Shown piece by piece: positions 50,428 to 60,564 of a stretch of 64,000 bases of DNA; position 1 is the stretch's first letter; each line of letters begins with the position of its first letter. The DNA comes from Candidatus Dojkabacteria bacterium. Its GTDB lineage: Bacteria; Patescibacteriota; Dojkabacteria; B142; OLB20. The position numbers were made by a program, and so were the translations under genes. The stretch spans positions 130,335 through 194,334 of the forward strand of contig DAOMOX010000001.1 of NCBI GenBank assembly GCA_035444565.1. The letters run 5' to 3'. The notes below the pieces were generated by a model. That model saw only the letters and a list, made by a program, of their open reading frames with translations, was not told where the DNA came from and ran no database searches.

Positions 50428-51382
50428 TTTCCCGAATCTGACTAGCGATTGCCACTCTATCAATTTTATACTTCTCCCACAATTTTCGATGACTTCCAGA
50501 CTCACCGAAAGTATCGTCTATGCCCACTATTTTTGTAAATACGGGATGATTTTCCGCAACAATTCTGGAAATGCTCTCTCCGGCACCACCCCAAATATTA
50601 TGCTCTTCTACAATCAACAGTTTTCCTGTTTTACGAACAGACTCTAATATACCTTCCTTGTCTAGTGGTTTGATGGTATGGAGATTTAATAATTCGACAT
50701 TTCCACCATCTTTATCTACTTCTAGTACAGCTTGAAGAGTTTCATAGACCATAGATCCAGTTGCGATTACGGTTAATTTATCCCCTGATAAAAGTTTCTG
50801 AACTTTTCCAATCTCAGTATGTGCGTCTTCTTTCAGGAAAACTGGAAATTTTTCTCTTGTGAGTTTCATATATATCGGTCCCTTAGCTCTTGAAATCAAA
50901 TGTGTCATGGTTTTTGTTTGATTGTAGTCAGCAGGATTGACAATTACCATGTTAGGGATAGCTTTCATCATAGCGATGTCACTCTCCATCTGTGCGGATG
51001 CTCCATCTGGACCGACATGAAAACCGTAATGAGATGAAACAACTTTGAAATTTTGGTTTTTAATCGAACCGATTCTAATTTGTGCAATATTCAATCCAGG
51101 ACTAAATGCCGCAAATGAGGTAATAAAAGGAATTTTGCCATAATGGCTCAAACCAATTGCTATACTCGCCATATTCTGCTCTGCAACTCCAATTTGTAAA
51201 TACCTCTCTGGGAATACCTCCATAAAGTCGTTTAATTTTAACGAACCTGGAAGATCTGCATTCAATACCACAACATCGTCGTTTTCATTTGCCACAGATA
51301 CAATCGCCACACCAAAAGCTTCTCGAGTTGCCATTTTCTCAAGTTCAGACTCGTTTTTATAGTTTTCTAACAAATACTCCAT
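50420..51382 (-). CDS. Transketolase, C-terminal (pyrimidine-binding) subunit.
   Basis: Split-transketolase architecture. The N-terminal subunit lies 12 nt upstream. Confidence 0.8.
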   Translation of the reverse strand: MEYLLENYKNESELEKMATREAFGVAIVSVANENDDVVVLNADLPGSLKLNDFMEVFPERYLQIGVAEQNMASIAIGLSHYGKIPFITSFAAFSPGLNIAQIRIGSIKNQNFKVVSSHYGFHVGPDGASAQMESDIAMMKAIPNMVIVNPADYNQTKTMTHLISRAKGPIYMKLTREKFPVFLKEDAHTEIGKVQKLLSGDKLTVIATGSMVYETLQAVLEVDKDGGNVELLNLHTIKPLDKEGILESVRKTGKLLIVEEHNIWGGAGESISRIVAENHPVFTKIVGIDDTFGESGSHRKLWEKYKIDRVAIASQIREII

Positions 51383-51394
51383 TTCGTGTTTCTA

Positions 51395-52234
51395 CTAATT
51401 AAATTTATCCAACTCTGCTTGAAGTTCCTTAAGTGCTTTCTCGACTTCTACAGGATCGTCTTTCCAATCGTGATATTTATAAAGTCGTTCCATAAAACTT
51501 ATATCCTCACCTGCTATTGTGTGTGCGATAATCGCGACAGGTTGATCAATATTCTTCACGAAATCAAATATTTGCAATATTTCATTGTAATCGTGACCAT
51601 TAATATCGAGTGCTATCCAACCGAAACTCTCATACTTTTCTTTTAAATTTCCTAAAGGCATTATGTCTTCTGTATTGCCATCAATTTGGACGTGGTTCCT
51701 ATCTACAATGACCACAAGGTTGTTTAGGCTCCACTTGTTGGCTGACATTATCGCTTCCCATGTCTGACCTTCTTGATGCTCACCGTCGGAAGTAATCACA
51801 TAAACTTTATTTGGCTTTGAATCCATCGTCAAACCGAGTGCCATTCCTACTCCTTGTGATAATCCTTGTCCGAGTAGACCACTTGTATTCTCAACTCCCG
51901 GAATTCCCAATTTGGGATGACCTTGAAGAAGAGAGTCAATTTTACGTAGATTATTTAGTTCTTCTTTGGGAAAAAAGCCTTTTCTCGCAAGTGCTGCATA
52001 AAGTATAGGGCAAACATGCCCGTTTGATAACAAGATGTAATCCCTCTCATCCCAATCAGGGTTAGTTGGATCAAGATTAGCTACTTTGAAATATAGACAA
52101 GTTACAATGTCAGCAATACTGAAAGCACCTCCAATATGACCTGAATCAGCCTTATCGAGCATTTTTATCACGTCGATTTTCAACTCATAGGAGAGTTTAC
52201 GAAGTTTATCTAATTCTTCTTTGCTATAATCCAT
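51395..52234 (-). CDS. Transketolase, N-terminal (thiamine-diphosphate-binding) subunit.
   Basis: SGHIGGAFSIADIV, GHVCP and ITSDGEHQEGQTWEA resemble TPP-binding motifs. Confidence 0.8.
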   Translation of the reverse strand: MDYSKEELDKLRKLSYELKIDVIKMLDKADSGHIGGAFSIADIVTCLYFKVANLDPTNPDWDERDYILLSNGHVCPILYAALARKGFFPKEELNNLRKIDSLLQGHPKLGIPGVENTSGLLGQGLSQGVGMALGLTMDSKPNKVYVITSDGEHQEGQTWEAIMSANKWSLNNLVVIVDRNHVQIDGNTEDIMPLGNLKEKYESFGWIALDINGHDYNEILQIFDFVKNIDQPVAIIAHTIAGEDISFMERLYKYHDWKDDPVEVEKALKELQAELDKFN

Positions 52235-52235
52235 A

Positions 52236-52838
52236 TTACTTTATTGAAAATTCAACAGATTTTCCACCAAATGATTCTGTATAGAGAAGAGAAAAGACAG
52301 TCTCCTTAGCAGGCACTTCATATGTTATCCACCCTCTATGTTCTTGTCCTGCTGGTAGAGTACCAGAAGAAAAAGTGGGTTGTTTTGCTCCTCCAAAAAC
52401 AACACCATAAGAATAATTGTCTGAGTCCTTTAATTTGAAATTATAGTCCGAATAATAGACAGATTCATCTGAATCGTTAACCATATATAATTCTACCGCG
52501 ACATACTTCATATCAGTATCTGGTGAATAAAAATCATCCTCCGGCATATATTCCATATCAAATTCGTTAATACTGAGTTTCAAACCATCAAGATTGGCCG
52601 TCTCTTCTACATCCAAATATTCGACCTCATCCCTCTGTGGAGTAACTGTATCAAATATCTCTGTAAGTCTATCATTATCTTCTATTATTGTGGGACTTGG
52701 AGTTGCGAATAGCGCTATTGCCATAAACGTCCCGCAACAGAAACATAGAAATAGGAATATGGCAATCGCGAGGACTATGAAAATAGTCTTGTTGCTACCA
52801 GATTTTTGTATTGGTTGATTTACTTCAGCCTGTTCCAT
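52236..52838 (-). CDS. Hypothetical membrane-anchored protein (DUF4352-like).
   Basis: N-terminal TM and a C-terminal beta-rich domain. Confidence 0.35.
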   Translation of the reverse strand: MEQAEVNQPIQKSGSNKTIFIVLAIAIFLFLCFCCGTFMAIALFATPSPTIIEDNDRLTEIFDTVTPQRDEVEYLDVEETANLDGLKLSINEFDMEYMPEDDFYSPDTDMKYVAVELYMVNDSDESVYYSDYNFKLKDSDNYSYGVVFGGAKQPTFSSGTLPAGQEHRGWITYEVPAKETVFSLLYTESFGGKSVEFSIK

Positions 52839-52949
52839 TAATAATGATTAAGAAATAATAATAAATCATATCAAAAATAAGATATTATTATTAGACCTCT
52901 TACCTTTTTCTGTTTTTTATGTAAGAATATCTTTTAAATAATCCCCAAT

Positions 52950-54032
52950 ATGTCACACAAATTTTATATAGGTGGAGGAAAAACGGCTGATTGGCCAAAC
53001 CTTCCCACCCAGACTTTCGCGCCCGTTATGGGTCTAAATTACAGAAACGTATTGCTTTTGCAACAAGTTTCTGATGTCAGCTCTCGCAATCAGGTTGACA
53101 CTTCAGTCAAATTCGGCCCATTCGAGCTGAAAGTTCCAATTATGACAGCTGCCATGGACAGCGTCAGTGGAGAATTGATGATTCGTACACTTCATGAACT
53201 TGGTGCACTAGGCACTTTGCCACGTGCGCACACAGAAACAGAGTTCAAAGAAAACCTTGTTATTTGCAAATCACTAGCAGAGGAAAATATTTCATGTGTC
53301 TACTCCGTAGGATTAGCGAATGCTACTGAAGAAGCAAATAAATATATTTCAAACGGTGCGAAAGTAATTTTGATAGATGTCGCACAAGGAGGAATGAAAA
53401 AAATAGTTGAGCAGGCAATTAAAATTAAAAAGAAATTCCCTAAAGTTCATATGATTGCAGGAAGCATTTGCACCTATGATGTCACAAAAATGTACATCGA
53501 TGCAGGAATTGATATGATCAAACTTGGTGTCGGAAACGGAAGCGCATGCGATACAAGACAACAAGCAGGCACCGGAACACCTCAGCTATCTGCAATTCTG
53601 GATGCAACATTAGCAGATGATGTCACCATCATCGCTGATGGCGGAATAAAATATCCCGGAGACGTAGCATTGTCTCTTGCGGCTGGAGCGGATATGGTGA
53701 TGAGCGGCTCAATATTTGCTGGGACAACAGAAACTCCTGGAAGAGTAATTAATGGCGTAAAAACATACAGAGGACAAGCCTCAGCAGAATATATGAAAGA
53801 TCATGGAATTAAAAAAGCGCATAGAAGTATAGAAGGAATCAGTATGAATGTTCCTTACAAAGGTGACGTGAAATATGTTATAGAAAACTTTGCTGCCGGA
53901 TTACGTTCTGCTTTTAGTTATAGTGGTGCTACAAATCTCAAGGAGTTCCAAGATAGAGCTATTTTTCAATATATTGGAGAGAACACATTTACTAGGGAGA
54001 GTCTACCTCAGGTACCCGTAAACTTGCAGTAA
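52950..54032 (+). CDS. IMPDH/GMP-reductase-family enzyme without a CBS insert (GuaC-like).
   Basis: 360 aa. GVGNGSACDTR contains the catalytic Cys. GTGTPQLSAI and ADGGIKYPGDV match GuaC/IMPDH motifs. Confidence 0.65.
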   Translation: MSHKFYIGGGKTADWPNLPTQTFAPVMGLNYRNVLLLQQVSDVSSRNQVDTSVKFGPFELKVPIMTAAMDSVSGELMIRTLHELGALGTLPRAHTETEFKENLVICKSLAEENISCVYSVGLANATEEANKYISNGAKVILIDVAQGGMKKIVEQAIKIKKKFPKVHMIAGSICTYDVTKMYIDAGIDMIKLGVGNGSACDTRQQAGTGTPQLSAILDATLADDVTIIADGGIKYPGDVALSLAAGADMVMSGSIFAGTTETPGRVINGVKTYRGQASAEYMKDHGIKKAHRSIEGISMNVPYKGDVKYVIENFAAGLRSAFSYSGATNLKEFQDRAIFQYIGENTFTRESLPQVPVNLQ

Positions 54033-54087
54033 GAGTTAAATTAGAATATCATTAGTCATAAATTAATTAACTTTAACAGAAACTAAA

Positions 54088-54339
54088 ATGCCAAAAAGTG
54101 TGAATAAACTCGTAAAACAAGCTAGTGTTGTTGCTTCAGCAATAGGAGCAGGAGTTCTAGCCGGTCTTATGCTTGCCCCTAAATCAGGGAAAGAGACCAG
54201 AAAAGATATTAAAAACAAACTTGACGAGACTAAAGATAATATCGAAAAAAAAGGTACAGAAGTAAAGACAGATATGAAAGAAAAAACAGAAGAAATGAAG
54301 AGAGAAGTCGAGAAAAAAGTCGAAGAATTGAAGAAATAA
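54088..54339 (+). CDS. YtxH-like small protein.
   Basis: AGVLAGLMLAPKSGKETRKDI then a K/E-rich coiled region. Confidence 0.45.
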   Translation: MPKSVNKLVKQASVVASAIGAGVLAGLMLAPKSGKETRKDIKNKLDETKDNIEKKGTEVKTDMKEKTEEMKREVEKKVEELKK

Positions 54340-54358
54340 TTTTCAATCCAAAAAACTA

Positions 54359-54387
54359 AAACACGCATTAAACATGCGTGTTTTTTT
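54359..54387 (+). terminator. Rho-independent terminator.
   Basis: AACACGCATTAAACATGCGTGTT followed by TTTTTTT. Confidence 0.55.
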
Positions 54388-54425
54388 ATGCTAATCTATA
54401 TTCATAAATATTATTTTTCCCATTT

Positions 54426-55751
54426 ATGGATAGTTTTGAAAATAGTCCCGACACAACACCAACCCCAGGTGAACAATTAAAACCTACTACTACAAACCCA
54501 CCAACACCAACTCCCGTATCTGCTACAACTTCAAAAACTAAATCAAAGAAAAACTTACTAGAGATTGGAATACTAATAATCATCCTCGCTATCTTGGGAG
54601 GACTTGTTGCATATTATTTAATCTCAAAGAATCAGACAATTTCCATTCCACAGGAGTCAGATACAAACGATCAAGCAAATGGGGAAACAACAACTCAACC
54701 CACACTTGTAGTAGTAACACCTACAATCGAGCCAAGAGAATTAAAGGTACTGGCTGATTGTAAGATGCATAATATTAGTCCTGACGGAGAAATATCCGTG
54801 TTATACGAGAAAGAAGAATTATGCGATTATAATAATCTCATAATTGACGATACCCAGCAATATATTGCTGTTTGGGGTAATTCACGCAAGCTACTAAAAG
54901 TATCTGATGGGACCCTTAATGATTTACCAGAGAATTTATCATTTGGATACTACCATCCGACAAGTAAAAATCTATACACGAAATCTTTTGAAGAAACTTC
55001 ATCCGTTTTGTACAAAGGAACATTGACCAATCCAAAAGTAACCAAAATATTTGAATTTGAACTAACAATGGGAGGACGCGGACCAATGGCAGAAGACGAC
55101 GGTTACATCGCTCCAAACAGTTCAGAAAGTTACATAATTTATCAAGATACAACTACAAATGATTTCTTTACTGAATCGAAACTAGTGCCTCCAAGCTACA
55201 ATGGAGGTATGGTTGTTTTTACATCAACAGGTAGTAAATTAATTGAAGTTGAGGGAGCATTTCGGACTCGTTGGATTGACGATAGTTCACTTGTCACATT
55301 GGTAAAAAACGAGAATAACACACAAGTGACCATAAGGAAGTACACAATCACACCAGATGGTAAGTTCAGTTTCGTAGATTTGTATCGTATTAATGATAAA
55401 TCAACTTTTGGAGAAATCTATAATATTGACATAAGTAATAAAACTGCCCTACTAAACGTTTATAAAGAGGAAAAGCATTTGGCTTACATAGCAGATTTGT
55501 CTGGTGATACCACAACTCTAGTGAAGTATTCAGACATTCCTGCAAATTCACATCTAATGGGTAATGAAAATTTACTTGGTTATGGTTTAACCGAATGTGA
55601 TCCAACAAAGGGACTCGAACAACCAGAAGAATTATCATGTCCTGTGGCAGACTGGGTTTTCGATGATTACAAAACAGATATTAGAATATACAACTTAGTC
55701 ACAAAAGAGAAAAAGACCCTACTCAAACTAGACGAGATGTATTTACTCTAA
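54426..55751 (+). CDS. Hypothetical secreted or anchored protein with a Thr/Pro-rich linker.
   Basis: TTPTPGEQLKPTTTNPPTPTPVSATTS then a TM, then a ~350-aa extracellular domain. Confidence 0.4.
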   Translation: MDSFENSPDTTPTPGEQLKPTTTNPPTPTPVSATTSKTKSKKNLLEIGILIIILAILGGLVAYYLISKNQTISIPQESDTNDQANGETTTQPTLVVVTPTIEPRELKVLADCKMHNISPDGEISVLYEKEELCDYNNLIIDDTQQYIAVWGNSRKLLKVSDGTLNDLPENLSFGYYHPTSKNLYTKSFEETSSVLYKGTLTNPKVTKIFEFELTMGGRGPMAEDDGYIAPNSSESYIIYQDTTTNDFFTESKLVPPSYNGGMVVFTSTGSKLIEVEGAFRTRWIDDSSLVTLVKNENNTQVTIRKYTITPDGKFSFVDLYRINDKSTFGEIYNIDISNKTALLNVYKEEKHLAYIADLSGDTTTLVKYSDIPANSHLMGNENLLGYGLTECDPTKGLEQPEELSCPVADWVFDDYKTDIRIYNLVTKEKKTLLKLDEMYLL

Positions 55752-55759
55752 AATAAGGA

Positions 55760-56689
55760 CTACTTAAAATAAGGCACTCTCCACCATTTAATTGGGTCGA
55801 CGAATCTGTAGTCTCGATTTAATTTCGAGATTTTATCATAATCCTCTGGAGTCATCTCGAAATCAAGGGCTTGTTTGTTTTCTTTGATTCTAGCCTTTGT
55901 GGTACTTTTCGGAATGATTACAACATCTCTACTGATACCCCAATTTAATGCAATTTGAGCAGGTGATTTTTTATATTTCTTTGCAAGTTCCAAGATAACA
56001 TCATCTTCCAACAAGGAATCCTCACCTTCATCTCGTCCGCCAGGTGAGCCCATTGGCGAATACGCGGTTACAAGAATATCTTCGTGTTTCATATATTTCA
56101 GGAACAAATCCTGTGTATTGTATGGATGAACTTCGATTTGATTAACTGCAGGGCGTATTTTCGCATAAGAAAATAACTCAAGCATCAACTGAGTTGAGAA
56201 ATTTGAAACTCCAATAGATTTTACCAATCCTTTTTCGACTAGATTCTCCATCGCTTCCCAAGTTTCTCTAAGTGAGACATTTTCAGTTCTGATGTAACCC
56301 TCACTATCTAATGGTTCATTTTCCTCACCGGATTCGAAAGCAATTCCCCAGTGAATCAAATACAAATCAAGATAATCAAGTTTCAGATCTTTGAGAGTTT
56401 TTCGGCAAGCCTTCTCAACATTTTCTTTTTTGTGCTTTGTATTCCATAACTTGCTGGTGATAAAAATATCCTCACGTTTCACTTTGCCCGAGTTGAAAAC
56501 TTCCTCAAATGCTTCTCCAATTTCTTTCTCATTGCCATAAACAGCAGCACAATCGATGTGTTTATAATCTGCTTCAAGTAATGCATATTTAACAATTTCT
56601 CCAACTACCCCTTTCTCTGACCTCCATGTTCCAAGACCAAAAGATGGCATAGTATTTCCATTGTTCAGTTTGAATTCTGTATGGATCAT
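55760..56689 (-). CDS. Aldo/keto reductase.
   Basis: GLGTW...DCAAVYGNE and IGVSNF are AKR-family motifs. Confidence 0.75.
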   Translation of the reverse strand: MIHTEFKLNNGNTMPSFGLGTWRSEKGVVGEIVKYALLEADYKHIDCAAVYGNEKEIGEAFEEVFNSGKVKREDIFITSKLWNTKHKKENVEKACRKTLKDLKLDYLDLYLIHWGIAFESGEENEPLDSEGYIRTENVSLRETWEAMENLVEKGLVKSIGVSNFSTQLMLELFSYAKIRPAVNQIEVHPYNTQDLFLKYMKHEDILVTAYSPMGSPGGRDEGEDSLLEDDVILELAKKYKKSPAQIALNWGISRDVVIIPKSTTKARIKENKQALDFEMTPEDYDKISKLNRDYRFVDPIKWWRVPYFK

Positions 56690-56835
56690 ATCAAAGAAAA
56701 ATAAATTAATATATAAGCAAATTATATATCACTTTGAGTATAGAATTTCTATTCAAATTGACATGTAAATCTAGTTTTATTAGATATTTGATATTTGTTA
56801 TAGTTTAGATGAACTTAAAATTCCAGAGATTATAA

Positions 56836-58311
56836 ATGCAGAAAATAGTTATCATCATTGTTGTATTACCATTAATATTCCTAGTGTATTCGAGAGAATT
56901 GATAAATACAAAAGCTCAATCGACTGAAGATATTAACACAAGTGTTGCCCCAGGAACTGAGTGGCAAAACGTACCAGGGAATGCTCTATACAATACTGAA
57001 GAGTTCTCAGTGATGCAATTTGAAGCTAAATATGACTGTACTGGAGATGGCCTTGGTGATACAGCAGAAGCTTGCGGTGCTGTTGCGAATTCTGGTTTCG
57101 GTTTGGATCATCGGGACATCATTTCTTTTGATCCTGACAAAGTTGTTTCAACTGCAGAAGGTGCTCCAATTGTACACATCAGTCTCAATCAAGCAGAGAA
57201 TGCTTGTCCTGCAGGGACATATTTGATAAAAAATGATGAATGGATGACAATTACTCGAAACGCAGAACTTCAGTCTGCAAACTGGATTGACGATGTTGTG
57301 GGTTCTACAATTACAGGATTAGGAGGATTAAAAAGAGGTAATGTTTGCGTTATAGATGGAGTTAGTTATGATGGTGAAAATCCTGAATACGGAACATCTC
57401 GAGATGAAAAATCTAAAATTATATTATCGAATGGAACTGAAATATGGGATTTGTCTGGGAATGTGTGGGAACATCTTCGCATAGACGATGCTGATAGTGT
57501 GATACCTCGTGTAAATATGCCGACTTTAAGCACTACTGCTGATGATGGAACTTCTGGAGGTTGGGGAGAATTCACAGACATCGACGGTTATGGCATGCTT
57601 TCTTACGACATCATAAGACCCTTGGATTCATCATATAATTCAACTCATGGGGTTGGACGGATCTGAATATTTGGTGATGATGAAGTATCCGCTGGTTTGA
57701 GAATTGCATTACGTGGAGGTTCATGGACAAGCTTAATCGATGGTGGTATTTTCACAATGAGTCTAAGTGTGGCTGATGTAGGAAGCAACGAAGATATTGG
57801 CTATCGCTGTGCTGGTCCTGCAATTGTTTACCCTACAAATACCCTTACCCCTACATTAGTTCCAACAAACACGCCCCAACCTACTGTGACACCAACTCCA
57901 GTAATAGATATGAGGATTACAAATATTAACGCTATCTACATATTAACTAATGTCTTTACATATTATTACCCTTACAACAACAATATTAAATTTAAAGGGA
58001 TAACACACCCATTGGCATTTGTGAAGATTACAGTTAATTCTGAACCTAAGATTTGCGAAACTACTGCAGACGCAGAAGGGAACTTCGAATGTACATTCTC
58101 ATATATTGAGAATGGTTTGCATACAGTGACAATAGTAGCAACAACTACTGATGAACAGGTCATAACTTATCCTCAAATTACATTAGGGATTAACATGAGT
58201 TTGGTGCCAACTGGCAATGGTTCTCTCATCTCAGTAATAGTTGGAGCCATTATTTTTATATTTGGTATACTAATTACTCGGTTTAAATCACCACGTCTTA
58301 ATTACAAATGA
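56836..58311 (+). pseudogene. FGE/SUMF1-domain (sulfatase-modifying-factor-like) protein interrupted by an in-frame TGA at 57664-57666. Listed as ORFs 56836..57666 and 57697..58311.
   Basis: GNVWEH before the stop and RGGSW after it are the two hallmark FGE-sulfatase motifs. Both pieces share a frame. The C terminus has a T/P linker and a TM. Confidence 0.45.
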
Positions 58312-58784
58312 CCTTCCTATCACATGCACTCGTTGGGGCTTCAATCGGAGTTGCGTTATCAAATATCACTGGAGTAGATTCAAATTTAACAGTTCCATTG
58401 AATATTGGACTTTCATTGCTTCCGGACATTAATTTAATCTGGAGGAAGATTTCCGACCACCATAATGATATTACACATTACCCATTTCTCTGGGTGGTAT
58501 TAGCAACAATTGTGTGGTATTTAGAGCCTGCGACACATATATATTCTATGTCGATTTTATTGTCTGGATTATTCCATCTCATTTTAGATACTTTTGGGAT
58601 GAATGTAGGTGTTCATTGGCTCGCGCCCTTCCATTCAAAAGAGTTTTCGTTTACTAAAATACATCCACAACCCAAACAAAAGTCTGTGAAATCAAAGATC
58701 AATCAATTCCATAATTCAAAACATAGTTACATCGAACTTATTACGATTTTGGCAAGTACCTTTGTAATCTGGGCATTATTTTAG
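58308..58784 (+). CDS. Membrane-bound metal-dependent hydrolase (DUF457/YdjM-like).
   Basis: SHALVGASIGVAL and HLILDTFG match His-rich motifs in TM helices. Confidence 0.45.
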   Translation: MTFLSHALVGASIGVALSNITGVDSNLTVPLNIGLSLLPDINLIWRKISDHHNDITHYPFLWVVLATIVWYLEPATHIYSMSILLSGLFHLILDTFGMNVGVHWLAPFHSKEFSFTKIHPQPKQKSVKSKINQFHNSKHSYIELITILASTFVIWALF

Positions 58785-59363
58785 TAACTCGTCTAGTTCT
58801 TCGACTTTATCGATAATGGCTAAGGGTTTGGCTTCTCCTAAAATTTCTCTAGAGTGCAATCCCCAAGTAACCCCTATTGCATCAATATTGAGTTTCCTGG
58901 CTTCATTTATATCTCCAACTGTGTCAGTCACAAATATACAATCTTCCGGCTTTGCATCATATTTGTCCATTATCATTTGTAGTTTCTCCACCTTGCTTGG
59001 ATTTATGTGTACATCATAAATATCATCAATAAACTCACTAATTCTTTTCTCAGACAGAAAATTTTCAATTCCCTCTCTAGGAGAACTACTACAAATCACA
59101 ATTGTTCTGTCATTGTATTTTTTCAGGAAATCATACAAAGGGTAAAACTCAGTCTCTACTACTCTTTTGTTATACATATCAAAATATATTGGATAATGTT
59201 CCTTCTCATATCTAATAGCTGGTTTTAACATGGGATTAGATTTCCCATGATCAATATGGTCTTGTTCTGTTACATCGGGGAAAAATTTCCGTGACAATTC
59301 AAGGTGAAGTTGCATAGTATTTGCAAGGACACCGTCGAAATCGAATATTATTACTTTTTTCAT
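58776..59363 (-). CDS. HAD-IA hydrolase (phosphatase).
   Basis: IIFDFDGVLANT motif I. Confidence 0.6.
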   Translation of the reverse strand: MKKVIIFDFDGVLANTMQLHLELSRKFFPDVTEQDHIDHGKSNPMLKPAIRYEKEHYPIYFDMYNKRVVETEFYPLYDFLKKYNDRTIVICSSSPREGIENFLSEKRISEFIDDIYDVHINPSKVEKLQMIMDKYDAKPEDCIFVTDTVGDINEARKLNIDAIGVTWGLHSREILGEAKPLAIIDKVEELDELLK

Positions 59364-59608
59364 ATTATAATGACTGATTATAAATCTCTAAGATGCCTGA
59401 GTACATATTTCTCAAGAGTCTGTCTAACCTCAATATCAGGAATTTCTTTTATTTTCTTCTTTAGAGTCTGAACTTCACTCACATCTTCAAGCTCCTTTAG
59501 AATTTTAGCACCTTGCTTAGATAAAATTGATTTGTCAGTCAGAACTCGCGCTATATCTACGCCTTCTTTTATATATGTATTTAAGGCTGTGTTTTGGTCT
59601 AATTTTCG

Positions 59609-60154
59609 TTACTTCGGAAGGCTCAACAATCCTTTAATCACAACTTTCTTTGTCTCATCTTTATTAAATACTACATTTAAATATGTCTCTGCGCCATATT
59701 TTGATTTTGAGATGTATTTCAAATGCGGTAATAAATCTTCCTTATAATAAGCTCTTTGCCCAGTGAGATTTGAGAATATCTTATGTATTGGTTTAACTTC
59801 CAAAATCCCCATCACCACTCTGTAGTTGCTATTTAATATTGGCTTCAATAAAGTTTCAATATGTTCGATCGTTAGATTTGTAAAATCCGCATCCAGGAAT
59901 AGAATAATATCCCCTTTGGCTTTTTTAATTCCCTCTGCCATTGCATTCCCTTTGCCTTGATTTAGATGGATATCGATAATTTGAATCTTATTTTTGAAAT
60001 TATTAATTTCTTCAAGAGTGTTGTCAGTTGAGCCATCATTAATACAAATTACCTCATCAACTTTGGGAGATTTCAATATCACCTCTAATACTGTAGTGAT
60101 TGTCTTTTCCTCATTATATGCAGGAACGATTGCGCTAATAAAGTGTTTTGACAT
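59609..60154 (-). CDS. GT2 glycosyltransferase (dolichyl/polyprenyl-phosphate sugar synthase-like).
   Basis: ISAIVPAYNEE, INDGSTDNT and FLDADF (DxD) motifs. Confidence 0.6.
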   Translation of the reverse strand: MSKHFISAIVPAYNEEKTITTVLEVILKSPKVDEVICINDGSTDNTLEEINNFKNKIQIIDIHLNQGKGNAMAEGIKKAKGDIILFLDADFTNLTIEHIETLLKPILNSNYRVVMGILEVKPIHKIFSNLTGQRAYYKEDLLPHLKYISKSKYGAETYLNVVFNKDETKKVVIKGLLSLPK

Positions 60155-60237
60155 ATAGATTAGATTAATTAGTGGGAAAGTATAGCATGTGATGAGAAGG
60201 GGTGGAATGTTTCCGATTTAGTCACAAAGCGGGACCG

Positions 60238-60489
60238 ACGGGACTCGAACCCGCAACCTCACGCGCTTGCCCCGTAAGAATTTATTCTGTACGGGGTGAC
60301 AGATAAATAATGTTTACAGGAAAAATGAGAATACGGACAACCATAGACAAAAAAGCGGGACCGACGGGACTCGAACCCGCAACCTCACGCGCTTGCCCCG
60401 TAAGAATTTATTCTGTACGGGGTGACAGATAAATAATGTTTACAGGAAAAATGAGAATACGGACAACCATAGACAAAAAAGCGGGACCG
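60238..60489 (-). repeat. Two tandem 126-nt units. Each is an 89-nt spacer carrying a CCCCGTA...TACGGGG hairpin plus a 37-nt copy of the tRNA-Asp 3' half.
   Basis: 60238-60363 and 60364-60489 are identical. The 37-nt segment equals tRNA-Asp positions 38-74. In tRNA sense the spacer ends CTGTCA-[31-nt hairpin]-C then GCGTG. Confidence 0.8.
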
Positions 60490-60490
60490 A

Positions 60491-60564
60491 CGGGACTCGA
60501 ACCCGCAACCTCACGCGTGACAGGCGTGTGCTCTAACCAGTTGAGCTACAATCCCGCTTTTTTG
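60491..60564 (-). tRNA. tRNA-Asp (anticodon GUC). 74 nt including discriminator G, no encoded CCA.
   Basis: GGGATTG/CGGTCCC acceptor, TA, GCTC-AACTGGTTA-GAGC, CACGC-CTGTCAC-GCGTG, GCGGG-TTCGAGT-CCCGT. Confidence 0.85.

Noticed and set aside
60238-60564. The regular ~126-nt periodicity with 37-nt repeats looked CRISPR-like at first glance.
   Set aside because: The repeated element is the 3' half of tRNA-Asp, the spacers are identical rather than unique, and there are only three copies. This is a tandem duplication or att-like structure, not a CRISPR array.
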